DNA of 64,000 nucleotides from Gammaproteobacteria bacterium (GTDB taxonomy: Bacteria > Pseudomonadota > Gammaproteobacteria > UBA4575). Of this stretch, positions 1 through 10,969 are shown piece by piece. The stretch is from assembly GCA_965214675.1 (NCBI GenBank), contig OZ243969.1:1797511-1861510 (forward strand), in the 5' to 3' direction. The notes below the pieces were generated by a model. The model saw only the letters and a program-made list of their open reading frames with translations, searched no databases and had not been told where the DNA came from. A program made the translations under genes and the position numbers. Every line of letters begins with the position of its first letter. Within the stretch, counting starts at the first letter, position 1.

Positions 1-1470
1 ACTGGATGTTTACTGGGTCATGAGGTCGTTGTCGTTCTGGAGAATTTGAATGAACTCCTGCTTGTACTGAAGCAATCCGAGGAGATGGATGTTCAGCCGG
101 TTCTTGGCATGCGGGTGCGTCTGTCTGCCGTTGCAGAAGGCAAATGGCAAAACACTGGAGGTGAGCATTCAAAGTTTGGCTTGACTGCAGATCAGGTCTT
201 GCAACTTGTCAATGAGTTACAGAGAAAAAAGATGCTTGGCTGTGTGCGGATGTTGCATTTTCACATGGGATCCCAGATTCCTTCATTGCGGCATATACGT
301 GCGGGCATTGAAGAGGCCATGAGTTGTTTTGTGGAGCTGCATCGACTCGGATTACAGATCAGCCAGTTGAACGTAGGTGGCGGTCTTGCCGTAGATTATG
401 AGGGTAGCCTGTCGAATGCGTATTTTTCAAGAGAGTACAGCGTGGATGAATATGCTGACTCCGTTGTACGTACAGTTCATAGGATATGTATGGAAAACGG
501 TGTAGCGGAACCTACAGTATTTACAGAAAGCGGACGAGCCATGACAGCATATCATGCCGTATTGATTACCAATGTGATTGATTCCGAGACCCGGGTGGAG
601 GATCCTACCGATACCGTTGTGGATCATTCCATGAGTCGGGAACATGGAGGCGAAAATCTAGAGGAGCTTGTGGAGCTGTGTCGACATATTCAATCCTGTT
701 CTCAAAAGCAGGGTATTCAGATCGATTTTTCACACAGTTTTACCCGCCTGACTCAAGCTGTAAACCAGGTGAACCATGCGTTCACTCATGCAGGTCTTAC
801 ATTAGTTCAAAAGGCCTATGCAGAAAAAATTGCCAAGGCAGCTTATAGACAACTATCAAAGCACAAGGAAAGCTTGGATGTGCATCAAAGACGCGATCTT
901 GATAAAAAATTGGTTGAAAAATATATCTGCAATTTTTCTTTGTTTCAGTCGGCACCGGATATCTGGGGGCTGAATCAGATTTTTCCAGTCTTGCCATTGC
1001 ATCATTTGAATCAGGCTCCAACACGGCAGGTACGATTATATGACCTTACCTGCGATTCGGACGGTCAGATTGATCGCTATGTCGAAGCAGATTCAATTCA
1101 GCCCTACCTTTCCATGCATGAGTTCAGTCCGGGACAGGACTACCTGGTGGGCATGTTTCTGGTTGGTGCGTATCAGGAAATACTGGGCGACCTGCATAAC
1201 CTGTTTGGAGATACGACTGCGGTAAATATCAAGGTGAATTCTGACGGGAGTTACCAGGTATGTGAGTGGCGAGGAGGAGATACTACTGAGGAAGTACTGT
1301 CCCATGTTCACATCGATGCAGCAAAAATGCGCAAGACCTGGCATGCGCACCTTGCTGAAATGAATACACCGGAACCGATCACCGAACGGGTTTTATACAC
1401 GCTAGAAACTGCTTTGCAGGCCAACAACTACTTGGTATCGCCCTCGAGACAATCTTTGCATTCATCGTGA
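1..1470 (+). CDS. speA: biosynthetic arginine decarboxylase, 5'-truncated by window edge
   Basis: Frame is open from base 1. Motifs GGEHSKFGL, LHFHMGSQI, VGGGLAVDY, ESGRAMTAYH, NFSLFQS, DLTCDSDG, GAYQEILGDLHNLFG. Confidence 0.93.
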   Translation, partial: TGCLLGHEVVVVLENLNELLLVLKQSEEMDVQPVLGMRVRLSAVAEGKWQNTGGEHSKFGLTADQVLQLVNELQRKKMLGCVRMLHFHMGSQIPSLRHIRAGIEEAMSCFVELHRLGLQISQLNVGGGLAVDYEGSLSNAYFSREYSVDEYADSVVRTVHRICMENGVAEPTVFTESGRAMTAYHAVLITNVIDSETRVEDPTDTVVDHSMSREHGGENLEELVELCRHIQSCSQKQGIQIDFSHSFTRLTQAVNQVNHAFTHAGLTLVQKAYAEKIAKAAYRQLSKHKESLDVHQRRDLDKKLVEKYICNFSLFQSAPDIWGLNQIFPVLPLHHLNQAPTRQVRLYDLTCDSDGQIDRYVEADSIQPYLSMHEFSPGQDYLVGMFLVGAYQEILGDLHNLFGDTTAVNIKVNSDGSYQVCEWRGGDTTEEVLSHVHIDAAKMRKTWHAHLAEMNTPEPITERVLYTLETALQANNYLVSPSRQSLHSS

Positions 1471-1719
1471 AATGCTGTTTACAAAAGCTTGAAAAGAGCA
1501 GATACATTCCTTTACTTGAGCGAGAAAGATCGTTTCGATCTTCTTCCGGATGGACTATTGGCACATTTTGGCAAGCCCGTCTTTGTTTTGGAATTTGAGC
1601 TAAGGGAAGATCGAACACTTGCACAAGCGGACACTAGACAGGTCTTGGGTGACCTGGATGAACAAGGGTACTATTTACAAATTCCGCCACAAGCTCACAA
1701 ACCATCTTGTGCCCGGTGA
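1467..1719 (+). CDS. ycgL: YcgL domain protein; start region may be frameshifted
   Basis: (A)VYKSLKRADTFLYL...LLAHFGKP...LDEQGYYLQIPP. The ORF track starts at TTG 1489; a GTG at 1467 is out of frame. Confidence 0.75.
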
Positions 1720-1881
1720 CGGTATCTGTATTTTCAGTTTGTCCGGCCTATTCCAGGCACAAGTTCTTCCCAAACCGGAGTATGCGGATATACAGCTTTA
1801 ACAGAGGTACTGTCACCGAAGCGGGATCTTGCTTGAAGGGTCGGCATGCGGGTTCCGCATGACATGAGTTTCTATTGGATT

Positions 1882-2931
1882 TTAATGGGCAACAAAATCC
1901 AGCATTCTGTGGGTTGAACGGTATGCTTTTCTTCGAATTTCTTCAGGTACCTGAATCTCATTTTCGCCAGATTCCAGCACAGCTTCAAGATTATGCAGGC
2001 CATTCATAGCCATCCACGGACAGTGCGCACAACTTTTGCAGGTAGCCCCTTCCCCGGCAGTAGGCGCTTCGATAAATAGCTTGTCAGGTGCAGCTTTTTT
2101 CATTTTGTAAAATATGCGATTGTCAGTTGCTACGATGAATGACTGGTGTGGTAATTCCTGGGCCGCCCTGATGAGAGCGGTGGTCGAACCAACGACATCT
2201 GCTGCTTCAATAACTGCTTCCGGGGACTCTGGATGCACCAAGATGCCGGCATCCGGATGTTTAGCAATCAGGTCTCCTAGGGCACGTGCCTTAAACTCCT
2301 CATGTACGATACAGGCACCTTGCCATGAGATCATGTCTGCACCCGTGACCTTTTCAATGTAGCGTCCCAGATGTCGGTCGGGTGCCCAAAGGATCTTTTT
2401 GTCTTGGTCCATTAGATGGGACACCACTTTCAGGGCGATGCTTGAAGTGACGACCCAGTCAGCCCGTGCCTTGACCTCGGCACTTGTGTTGGCATAAACG
2501 ACGACTTCATGATCGGGGTACATATCACAAAACGTACTGAACTCTTTGGCGGGGCATCCAAGGTCGAGCGAGCAGGTGGCCTGGAGTGTCGGCATCAGCA
2601 CTCGTTTCTCGGGATTTAATATCTTTGCAGTTTCACCCATGAAGCGAACACCGGCCACGATCAAGGTAGTTGCATCATGACGGCTGCCAAACCGGGCCAT
2701 TTCCAATGAGTCAGATACGTAGCCCCCCGTATCTTCTGCGATCTTTTGCAGGGTCTCATGGGTGTAATAATGTGCAATCAGTACTGCATTTTTTTTCTGG
2801 AGCAGATGTTTAATGTGGTCAATTTTTTCTTCTCTCTGCTTGGCAGAATATACCGGCAAGCTCGATTGGATCGCTGCTGTTTCAGGAAATTCCTGCAAAG
2901 GGACGTTAGCTTCAAACGACATGTTCGGCAT
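1882..2931 (-). CDS. nadA: quinolinate synthase A
   Basis: [54 protein letters not shown]. Start is approximate. Confidence 0.95.
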   Translation of the reverse strand: MPNMSFEANVPLQEFPETAAIQSSLPVYSAKQREEKIDHIKHLLQKKNAVLIAHYYTHETLQKIAEDTGGYVSDSLEMARFGSRHDATTLIVAGVRFMGETAKILNPEKRVLMPTLQATCSLDLGCPAKEFSTFCDMYPDHEVVVYANTSAEVKARADWVVTSSIALKVVSHLMDQDKKILWAPDRHLGRYIEKVTGADMISWQGACIVHEEFKARALGDLIAKHPDAGILVHPESPEAVIEAADVVGSTTALIRAAQELPHQSFIVATDNRIFYKMKKAAPDKLFIEAPTAGEGATCKSCAHCPWMAMNGLHNLEAVLESGENEIQVPEEIRRKAYRSTHRMLDFVAH

Positions 2932-3105
2932 TCTAAAAATGAGAATTCGTGTTGACCTATATATAAAGAGGTCGACAGGGTAAATCAAGCCGGAGCATTA
3001 CCAGCGAATTAGGTTTGTGGGGTGTAAGATGGTCGTCATAAGAAAAAGTAATCACATCGCTGCTTTCATGTATAGCGTAGGTACAGGTACGAGGATGACT
3101 CATCC

Positions 3106-4920
3106 ATGAACAAAACTGATTACATCTCTCCAGAAGTTGCCCAGACCCTGCCGGGATTATTTCATAAACGTGTGGTGCGTGCGCCTCACACACAGGCCTA
3201 TGGATTTTATGATGATGAGAAAAACACCTGGGAAAGTCTGACTTGGCAGCAGGTAGCCTGCCAGGCGGCAAAGGTACAAACAGGGTTACAGAACAAAGGG
3301 CTGGGCAAAGGGGATCGTGTCGCTATTCTGTTGCGCAACTGTCCAGAATGGATCGTATTCGATGTGGCTGCACTGGGTTTGGGTTTGGTTACCGTCCCTC
3401 TATACACAAATGATCGCGCTGAGAATGTAGCCTACATCATTCAAGATGCCGGCATAAAAGCGATATTGATACAGAACTTGCGCCAGTGGAGGCAACTGTC
3501 GCAAATTGAAAGTGTCCGAAATGCATTGCAGTGCGTAATCAGTGTCGCACCGGTGATGGATATGGCCCATCGCGACTCCCGTCTGGTACATATGCAGCAC
3601 TGGATCAACGATGATACACGTGACGGATATAAAGCGGTTGTCCTGGACCGTAATGCCTTAGCCACAATTATCTATACTTCCGGTACAACAGGACGTCCCA
3701 AAGGAGTGATGCTCAGTCACTGGAACATACTTTTGAATGCCTATGCCGCTTTGCAGTGTGCAGATTTATTCGAAAAGGATGTATTTCTATCTTTTCTTCC
3801 TTTATCTCATTCGATGGAGCGTACGGCAGGCTGTTTCATGCCCATGATGGCTAACTCGAAAGTATATTTCGCCCGCTCTATACAGCAACTCGGGGAAGAT
3901 CTTGAAAAGGTTCGCCCAACCATATTTATATCGGTACCACGCATTTACGAGATCATTTACGCAAAAATCTCAAGCCAAGTGGAGGAACAGCCCTGTTACA
4001 GGAAAATGATGTTTGCTTGGGCACAGCGTATTGGTTGGCGAAGTCTTCGGTTCAGGTCCGGCAAGGCAAGATGGCACTGGAGCCTGCTTCTTTGGCCATT
4101 GATGGATCGACTTGTGGCAGCAAAGATCAGACAAAAGCTGGGTGGCCGATTGCGCTATGCAATAGTTGGTGGCGCCGCACTGGATAAAATCATCACTAAG
4201 TTTTTTGTCAGTCTAGGAGTTCCTATTTACCAGGGCTACGGCATGACAGAGTGCAGTCCGGTCATCAGCGTAGCCCGACCGGGAGGCAATGACCCATTTA
4301 GTATTGGCAAGCCATTGCCGGGCATCGAGGTGAATCTAGCAGAAGGAGGCGAGCTGTGTACGCGAAGTGACTGCGTGATGCTCGGGTATTACGGCAATAA
4401 ACAGGCGACTGAGCAAATGATTGATACTGAAGGCTGGCTGCATACTGGTGATATTGCGCATATTACAGATGAGGGTTATCTGTATATCACAGGAAGGATC
4501 AAGGACATTATCGTTTTGGCAAATGCCGAGAAGGTGTCGCCCCAAGACATGGAGACTGCAATTTGTGCCGACCAGTTGTTTGACCAGGTCATGATACTTG
4601 GTGAAGGCCAGCCTTTTCTTTCTGCGCTTCTCGTGCTGAACCAGGCGGAATGGGAAGTCCTCGCTAAAGACATGAAGCTCAATGCCAAGGCGCCGGAAAC
4701 ATTGCAGGATGCCTCCCTGCATCGATATATCATGCAGCGCTTGGCAGGTTGCTTGAAAGAATTTCCAGGTTATGCACAGGTACGCAGGGTGAACGTGTAC
4801 CTGGAGCCCTGGACGATTGAGAATAATTTGCTTACCCCAACCCTGAAAATCAGAAGGACCCAGCTTGCGGAGCTGTTTGCTGAAGACATATCTGCCATGT
4901 ACAAATCCATGAAAACCTAA
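3106..4920 (+). CDS. long-chain fatty acid-CoA ligase (AMP-dependent synthetase)
   Basis: YTSGTTGRPKG, QGYGMTE, WLHTGD, LTPTLKIRR. Confidence 0.9.
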   Translation: MNKTDYISPEVAQTLPGLFHKRVVRAPHTQAYGFYDDEKNTWESLTWQQVACQAAKVQTGLQNKGLGKGDRVAILLRNCPEWIVFDVAALGLGLVTVPLYTNDRAENVAYIIQDAGIKAILIQNLRQWRQLSQIESVRNALQCVISVAPVMDMAHRDSRLVHMQHWINDDTRDGYKAVVLDRNALATIIYTSGTTGRPKGVMLSHWNILLNAYAALQCADLFEKDVFLSFLPLSHSMERTAGCFMPMMANSKVYFARSIQQLGEDLEKVRPTIFISVPRIYEIIYAKISSQVEEQPCYRKMMFAWAQRIGWRSLRFRSGKARWHWSLLLWPLMDRLVAAKIRQKLGGRLRYAIVGGAALDKIITKFFVSLGVPIYQGYGMTECSPVISVARPGGNDPFSIGKPLPGIEVNLAEGGELCTRSDCVMLGYYGNKQATEQMIDTEGWLHTGDIAHITDEGYLYITGRIKDIIVLANAEKVSPQDMETAICADQLFDQVMILGEGQPFLSALLVLNQAEWEVLAKDMKLNAKAPETLQDASLHRYIMQRLAGCLKEFPGYAQVRRVNVYLEPWTIENNLLTPTLKIRRTQLAELFAEDISAMYKSMKT

Positions 4921-4966
4921 CAGCATCGTGCAATAGTTGTCTTCATCGCCCGAATCTCACACGGTC

Positions 4967-5506
4967 CTACTGTTTAGCCTGCATCAAAATTGTATCGATC
5001 TGGTGGCTACGAAGACGTGCTCTGATTTGTTCCAGTGCCTGTCGGTCGTTTAAAGGTCCAACACGAACCCGATGCCACTTGGTGTCATTCACATCCACAG
5101 ACTGAACATTGGCCTCTATGCCCAATAATGCCAGCCGTGCCTTCAGACTGTCCGCATCACCAAAGCTGTTGAACGAACCTGCCTGCAGTAAATAGCCGCC
5201 CTTGTGTGTAGAGGGAGTAACCTTTTGGGCAGGTTGTTCGTTGGACAGACTTGTTTCCTCTTGCGGAATGACAATTTCCAATTCAGGTAGCAGTGTGTAG
5301 AAGTCAAAACTTCGTTTTGCAGGTGGTTCTGGAGTGCTTGCTGTATCCCGCTTCACAGACTGTGTTTGTTCCTTGTCCACATACCACCCATCAATGTCTA
5401 TCAGCATTGCAATGCCTATACCGGTGACAACTCCAAGTGCCAGCCAGGCCCAAGCTGGCATCAGGCTGGACGGCTGGGTTGATTTTCTATGCTTTCTGGT
5501 CGCCAC
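4967..5506 (-). CDS. SPOR-domain cell division protein (FtsN-like)
   Basis: N-terminal TM helix, FDFYTLLPE, C-terminal LQAGSF...WHRVRVGP; lies downstream of argS. Confidence 0.85.
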   Translation of the reverse strand: MATRKHRKSTQPSSLMPAWAWLALGVVTGIGIAMLIDIDGWYVDKEQTQSVKRDTASTPEPPAKRSFDFYTLLPELEIVIPQEETSLSNEQPAQKVTPSTHKGGYLLQAGSFNSFGDADSLKARLALLGIEANVQSVDVNDTKWHRVRVGPLNDRQALEQIRARLRSHQIDTILMQAKQ

Positions 5507-5514
5507 GGTTACCT

Positions 5515-7266
5515 CTACATTTGTTCAGGTGCACTTACATCAAGCAGATTCAGGCCCGTACTGAGCACAATTTGTGTGGCTCGGATTAACTTGAGACGTG
5601 CATATCGCAATTCCTTTTCAGGTACCAGCACTTGATGAGTGTTATAAAAACGATGAAAGGAACTGGCCAAATCACGCAAATAATTGACTACGATATGTGG
5701 AGCCAGATGATTTGCCGCCGCCCGCACATTTTCTGGGAATTGGGCAAGTTGCCTTAGCAAGTTTTCTTCCTGTTCTGCAGTCAACACTTCCTCATCGACC
5801 TTGAGCAACTCTTCATCCTGTAAAGGGGAATCGTTTTGTTTCAGAATGCTACAAATTCGGGCATGTGCATATTGCACATAATAGACGGGATTATCCTGGG
5901 TTTTTGCGGTTGCCAGATCCAGATCAAAATCCAGATGTTGTTCGCATTTTCGCATCACGTAGAAAAACCGTGCAGCATCTTTGCCGATCCGTTTACGCAA
6001 TTGTCGTAAAGTGACGAACTCTCCAGCACGTGTGGACATGGGAAGTTTTTTTCCATTTTCGTATAGATTGGCAAACTGTACGAGCTGGATGTGCAAACAG
6101 TTTTTATCTTTGCCAAGTGCCTGCATGGCGGCTTGCATCCGTGCCATATAACCATGGTGATCAGCGCCCCATATGTTGATCAGTTGATCGAAGCCACGAT
6201 CATACTTGTCTAGGTGGTAAGCAATGTCTGAGGCAAAGTAAGTAACCTTACCGTTTTTGCGAACCAGCACACGGTCTTTCTCGTCACCAAAGACAGTGCT
6301 GCGGAACATCAGCGCTCCGTCCTTTTGAAAAGTATGTCCATTTTCTGTCAGGGTATCGATAATGGCCTGTATTCTTGCTTGCCCCAATGAGCGCTCGGAG
6401 TACCACTGATCGAAGGTGACAGCAAATAATTCCAGATCGTCCCTGATGTCTCGCAACAGGGTATCGAGTGCGTGGCGAAGCAATGTATTGTACCCGTCTT
6501 CTGAAAGCAGATTTTCTGCCTTTTTGATTACTGCATCAATACGGGCTTCTTCATCTGCCTTTTCGTGGCTGCCTGCACCAGGCTCTAGGCCCAAGGCCTC
6601 GACGGGAGGAAGAAATTTATGCTGGTGCTGCCGGTGTATGGACGCTGCAATATCCCAAATATAGTCACCCTGATACGCATTACTGGGGAAAGGAAGGGTC
6701 TGCCCACACAGCTCCAGGTATCTAAGCCACACGGAAACCGCCAGGATATCCATCTGGCGCCCTGTATCATTTACATAGTACTCACGCTTTACTTCATGCC
6801 CTGTTGCCTCCAGAAGATGGGCAACGGATGCGCCGTGAGCAGCCCCGCGTCCATGGCCGACATGCAGGGGTCCGGTAGGATTAGCAGAGACAAATTCTAT
6901 CAGAATCTTCTTGCCCGGAGATGCATTGCTATATCCAAAAGAATTCTTGCTCTGGATGATGTGAGACAGTAGTCGGGGTGGATGGCCGGTGTGCAAATAA
7001 AAATTAATAAATCCGGGACCTGCAACTTCGATTTTTTCAATCTCAGGGTCTTCTGGCATATTTGCTACAAGCTTCTCAGCCAGCATGCGTGCAGATACTC
7101 CGGCAGTTTTGGATAACTGGAGCGCCAGGTTAGAAGCGAAATCACCATGTGCGCTATCTCGACTACGAATAACCTGAATCGGAGTATCCGTATCTGAAGG
7201 TAAATCCCCTGCGTCTTGCAAGCTGGCTACTGCAGCAGCCAGCAGTTTCGAGATGTGTGCTTGCAT
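5515..7266 (-). CDS. argS: arginine--tRNA ligase
   Basis: HGDFASNLA, AGPGFINF, EFVSANPTGPLHVGH, WGADHHGY, NPVYYVQYAHAR. Start is approximate. Confidence 0.97.
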   Translation of the reverse strand: MQAHISKLLAAAVASLQDAGDLPSDTDTPIQVIRSRDSAHGDFASNLALQLSKTAGVSARMLAEKLVANMPEDPEIEKIEVAGPGFINFYLHTGHPPRLLSHIIQSKNSFGYSNASPGKKILIEFVSANPTGPLHVGHGRGAAHGASVAHLLEATGHEVKREYYVNDTGRQMDILAVSVWLRYLELCGQTLPFPSNAYQGDYIWDIAASIHRQHQHKFLPPVEALGLEPGAGSHEKADEEARIDAVIKKAENLLSEDGYNTLLRHALDTLLRDIRDDLELFAVTFDQWYSERSLGQARIQAIIDTLTENGHTFQKDGALMFRSTVFGDEKDRVLVRKNGKVTYFASDIAYHLDKYDRGFDQLINIWGADHHGYMARMQAAMQALGKDKNCLHIQLVQFANLYENGKKLPMSTRAGEFVTLRQLRKRIGKDAARFFYVMRKCEQHLDFDLDLATAKTQDNPVYYVQYAHARICSILKQNDSPLQDEELLKVDEEVLTAEQEENLLRQLAQFPENVRAAANHLAPHIVVNYLRDLASSFHRFYNTHQVLVPEKELRYARLKLIRATQIVLSTGLNLLDVSAPEQM

Positions 7267-7533
7267 GAAGAAAGGATAATCCTGTAGGGCAGGATGCATT
7301 GTACCCAAATGTAATTATCCTGCACTAAATTTACAAAGGCTATGCCTTGGCAACAGGTTAGATTCATGACTGATCAGCCCCTGCGCTTTTTGCAGACATT
7401 CATTCAATTCGTATGCCTTGCCATACAATGAAGCCTCAGGTTCCAAGGTCCGGCCCGAGCAACAGAAAGCAGAATGGGAGTGCGGTCTGGAACATCAGCG
7501 GTGTTGCACGTGGGCTTGGTTATTGCTTGCTGA

Positions 7534-9738
7534 TCAGCTAGTTTCAAGGGGATCCACTTCGATGTTCCAGCGCACACGATTGGTGAGTGGATGTTGCTGA
7601 ATCACCTTGGCCCATTGAGGCAACAGCTCCTGTATCGTCTTTCTGTTAGGGGCAATGACAACCAGCTGACTCTGGTATAGGCCGGCCTTGCGCTCCAGGC
7701 TGGCAGGAATAGGTCCGAACAGGTTCAGCCTCGATGAGCCTGAAGCCGGCATTGAGGATTTGACTTCCTGCAAGAATTGATGGGCCAACATCTGCTGATG
7801 AGCACGGGCACGAACCAGCAGCATGAAGGAATAGGGTGGTAATGCATACAGTTCACGCTGTCGAAGGACTTCCATTGAAAAATCCTGATAGCCGTGCGTC
7901 AACAAGCGGTTAAGCAAGGGGTGTTCGGGTTGGTAGGTTTGTAGCAATACCCTTCCCCTGTTCGCAGAACGTCCTGCCCTGCCTGATACCTGCACGATCA
8001 GCTGTGCCAGGCGCTCGGTGGCGCGAAAGTCGCTGCTTAACAATCCGTGATCAACATTCAGGATGCCTACCAGGGTTACATTAGGAAAGTCATGTCCTTT
8101 GGCAAGCATCTGCGTACCGATGATGATCTGGAATTTGCCCTTGCGGATATCGCCCAGTTTATCCCGCAGTGTGTTTTTCTTGCGCGTACTGTCACGGTCA
8201 ATGCGTACCATGGCGATGTCAGGAAAAATTTCCTTGAGCCTGCCTTCGATACGTTGTGTTCCTTCTCCCAAGAATATGATGTTTTCAGACTCACATTGTG
8301 GGCAGGCGACAGGCGCTTTTTCCTGTTTCTGGCAATGGTGACACTTGATAATGTCTTGCTCTTTATAAAAAACCATGTGTGAATCGCAACGGCTACACTC
8401 GGCGGTCCAGCCACAGTCATGGCAAAGCAAGACGGGTGCAAATCCCCGCCGATTCAAAAAGAGCAGGACTTGGTGTTTCTGTTTGATTTCGGTGTCGATG
8501 GCTTGCAACAATTCGTTTGACAGGCCGTCGATGGCCCGTTTGGATCGCAGATCAATCAACTTCACTTGAGGAATTTTTGCAAGTTTTGCACGCTTGCTCA
8601 GTGTGATGCCGTGATAGTTGCCCAGCGTAACGTTATGCTGGCTTTCCAGTGATGGCGTCGCACTGCCCAAAACGACGGGTATGGAAAGCTGTTTTGCCCG
8701 ATAGATTGCGACGTCACGCGCATTGTATAGGATCCCTTCCTGTTGTTTGAATGACAGGTCATGCTCCTCATCAACCACGATTAGACCCAGGTTCCTGAAA
8801 GACAAAAAAATGGCTGACCGGGTGCCAACTACGATACTCGCCTTGCCCGTACTCGCCTGCAGCCATGTCCGGGCGCTTTCGCTTGCACTCAAATCAGAAT
8901 GCATCAGTGCAACCGGCAGGTTCAGCCTGGCTTCAATTCGCTGTACTAACTGTGGTGTCAGTCCGATCTCCGGAACCAGCATCAGTACCTGTTTGCCACA
9001 ACCAACGACATCTTTTGCCAAGGCGAGATAGACCTCGGTCTTGCCACTGCCGGTCACACCTGCAAGCAGATTGACCCTGAATTCATGGAGGTTTCTGTGA
9101 ATCTGTTCATAGGCGTGCCGTTGTTCCTGATTAAGAGCTAAAGACTCGGCAGCGGAGTGCGGCGTCATGGTAAGGGTCTTGTCATCCATCGTTTCCCGGA
9201 CAAGATTTTTTTCCATCAAGACTCGAACGAATGGGCGCCAGTGGCTGATGTGTGCAGCAATTTCATCTGCAGTGAGGCCTCCGGGATGTGCCTTTATGAG
9301 CTTGAATATCTGGTGTTGCTTAGGTGCCTTTTGTAGCAGTTGATCCACGTCCTCATTTGTACAGGCGTGATAGATTATGCTGGACATCGTGGGGAGGTGT
9401 TTATGTGTCCGCAATACTTTGGGCAGTGCAGCATTGAGTACTTCACCCAGGGGCTGTTGGTAGTATCGCGCCACCCAAAACAGCAGCTTTTGCAATGCAG
9501 GGTCAAACACAGGCTCGGTGTCCAGAATTTCCAGAACCGTTTTGAGCTTATCCTGTGTTACAGAGGGGTCAGAGGAATTCTCGACCACGATACCTGTCAG
9601 TGTTCGAGTGCCGAATGGCACACGCACACGTACACCAAGCTTGACGGCGCTGAAGGAAGCACCTTCGGGAAGGCTGTAATCAAAACATTGATACAGAGGT
9701 ACAGGCAGGGCAATTTTTAAAACGGGAGATGTTGGCAT
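7534..9738 (-). CDS. priA: primosomal protein N'
   Basis: GVTGSGKTEVY, DEEH, two Zn-ribbon Cys clusters, GTQMLAKGHDF, QVSGRAGR. Start placed at MPTSPVLKIAL. Confidence 0.97.
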   Translation of the reverse strand: MPTSPVLKIALPVPLYQCFDYSLPEGASFSAVKLGVRVRVPFGTRTLTGIVVENSSDPSVTQDKLKTVLEILDTEPVFDPALQKLLFWVARYYQQPLGEVLNAALPKVLRTHKHLPTMSSIIYHACTNEDVDQLLQKAPKQHQIFKLIKAHPGGLTADEIAAHISHWRPFVRVLMEKNLVRETMDDKTLTMTPHSAAESLALNQEQRHAYEQIHRNLHEFRVNLLAGVTGSGKTEVYLALAKDVVGCGKQVLMLVPEIGLTPQLVQRIEARLNLPVALMHSDLSASESARTWLQASTGKASIVVGTRSAIFLSFRNLGLIVVDEEHDLSFKQQEGILYNARDVAIYRAKQLSIPVVLGSATPSLESQHNVTLGNYHGITLSKRAKLAKIPQVKLIDLRSKRAIDGLSNELLQAIDTEIKQKHQVLLFLNRRGFAPVLLCHDCGWTAECSRCDSHMVFYKEQDIIKCHHCQKQEKAPVACPQCESENIIFLGEGTQRIEGRLKEIFPDIAMVRIDRDSTRKKNTLRDKLGDIRKGKFQIIIGTQMLAKGHDFPNVTLVGILNVDHGLLSSDFRATERLAQLIVQVSGRAGRSANRGRVLLQTYQPEHPLLNRLLTHGYQDFSMEVLRQRELYALPPYSFMLLVRARAHQQMLAHQFLQEVKSSMPASGSSRLNLFGPIPASLERKAGLYQSQLVVIAPNRKTIQELLPQWAKVIQQHPLTNRVRWNIEVDPLETS

Positions 9739-9812
9739 GGTGAACGTATAGTCTACCAAGGCACTCAGTCTGTAGCCCGCGTCTGGATTCGCTGAGGATG
9801 AGGCTACACCTG

Positions 9813-9848
9813 TAGCCAACAGTTTGCTGTGGATAATTCTGTGGATAA
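9813..9848. promoter_or_regulatory. DnaA-box cluster (DARS-like core)
   Basis: Two perfect TGTGGATAA at 9828-9836 and 9840-9848, 3 nt apart, preceded by a very degenerate opposite box TAGCCAACA at 9813-9821. Confidence 0.6.
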
Positions 9849-10265
9849 AATATCGAATTTGGAGTGAATTTGTCTCAAACCGTCTGTGAGGTTGGCAACC
9901 TTTTAAAATTTTAGAATAAAACCCATTGAAATGAAGGACATAGATCGACAATGGATTTAAACAAATCAGCCAGCCACAGAACAGTGCTCAGCCCCTAATG
10001 TGAATAAAGTGCATCAATATTGAGGGATATTCCTTTCATGACCCATGCATGAGGGCATTCCTTTCGTGTGTTTGGCTGGGACGGGATTTTGTTTGTCATA
10101 CAGGAAGAACCGATGCGAAAAAGCCGGGTATGGTCTGTCATTCAATTCCACAAGACATCATTTGCTGCCTCCGGCACTGTTGTAATAGTGTAGTATTCAC
10201 ATGCTCTAATCGTACATGTGCAGCAGATTATGCTTCGTCTAAGTTGGAAGTAATGCGGTGAATCA

Positions 10266-10856
10266 GTGAACAACTTCAACCTACAAATACTGCGCACGGA
10301 TGTGTCGGGCATGCCCATGGAATGGGTAAATTATCAGGATGCTGTGCGCCTGTACCACATTGAGCAGGTAGCCTATACATGTGGTGAACGACTGTATGTA
10401 GTTCGTGGTGGGGTCAATGCACGTAGTGGTCTTCGCAGTCAAATCGAGGTTCATTCGATTATTGCCACACAAGGCAGCAACCGTTCAGTACATGACAGCT
10501 ATATTCCTCCACTGAACAACCGCGCACTGTTCAAGCGTGATGCCAACATGTGCCTGTATTGCGGACAACGATTCAATCGGCGCGACTTGTCGCGGGATCA
10601 TGTGCGGCCTCTGAGTCGGGGCGGTTGTGATGACTGGAACAATGTCGTCACGGCTTGTAAACGCTGCAATAACCACAAGGCTGGACAAACTCCTGAGCAG
10701 GCGAACATGCAGTTGCTGGCCATTCCTTTTACTCCTACTCATGCTGAATATATTTATTTGCAGGGACACCGTGTACTTGCCGATCAGATGAAATTCCTAC
10801 TGGCGCATTTCCCGCGCACAAGCCCCCTGCACAAGCGTTTCAATAAGCTGGCATAA
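10266..10856 (+). CDS. HNH endonuclease family protein
   Basis: LFKRD..CLYCG...SRDHVRPLSRGG.D.WNNVVTACKRCNNHK. Confidence 0.88.
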   Translation: MNNFNLQILRTDVSGMPMEWVNYQDAVRLYHIEQVAYTCGERLYVVRGGVNARSGLRSQIEVHSIIATQGSNRSVHDSYIPPLNNRALFKRDANMCLYCGQRFNRRDLSRDHVRPLSRGGCDDWNNVVTACKRCNNHKAGQTPEQANMQLLAIPFTPTHAEYIYLQGHRVLADQMKFLLAHFPRTSPLHKRFNKLA

Positions 10857-10969
10857 TTGACAGAATCCTGTAAAGAACAGAAGGCTGTGCTGGTCCTGCG
10901 TTAAGCTTCGTGTTCTTTCTCACCGTATGGCAGGGATACTCCGCAGATAAGGTTGTACAGTTCACAACG

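Noticed and set aside
10266-10856. HNH protein as a mobile element or Cas/defence nuclease
   Set aside because: Stand-alone, host-like composition, with no repeats, methylase or cas genes nearby.
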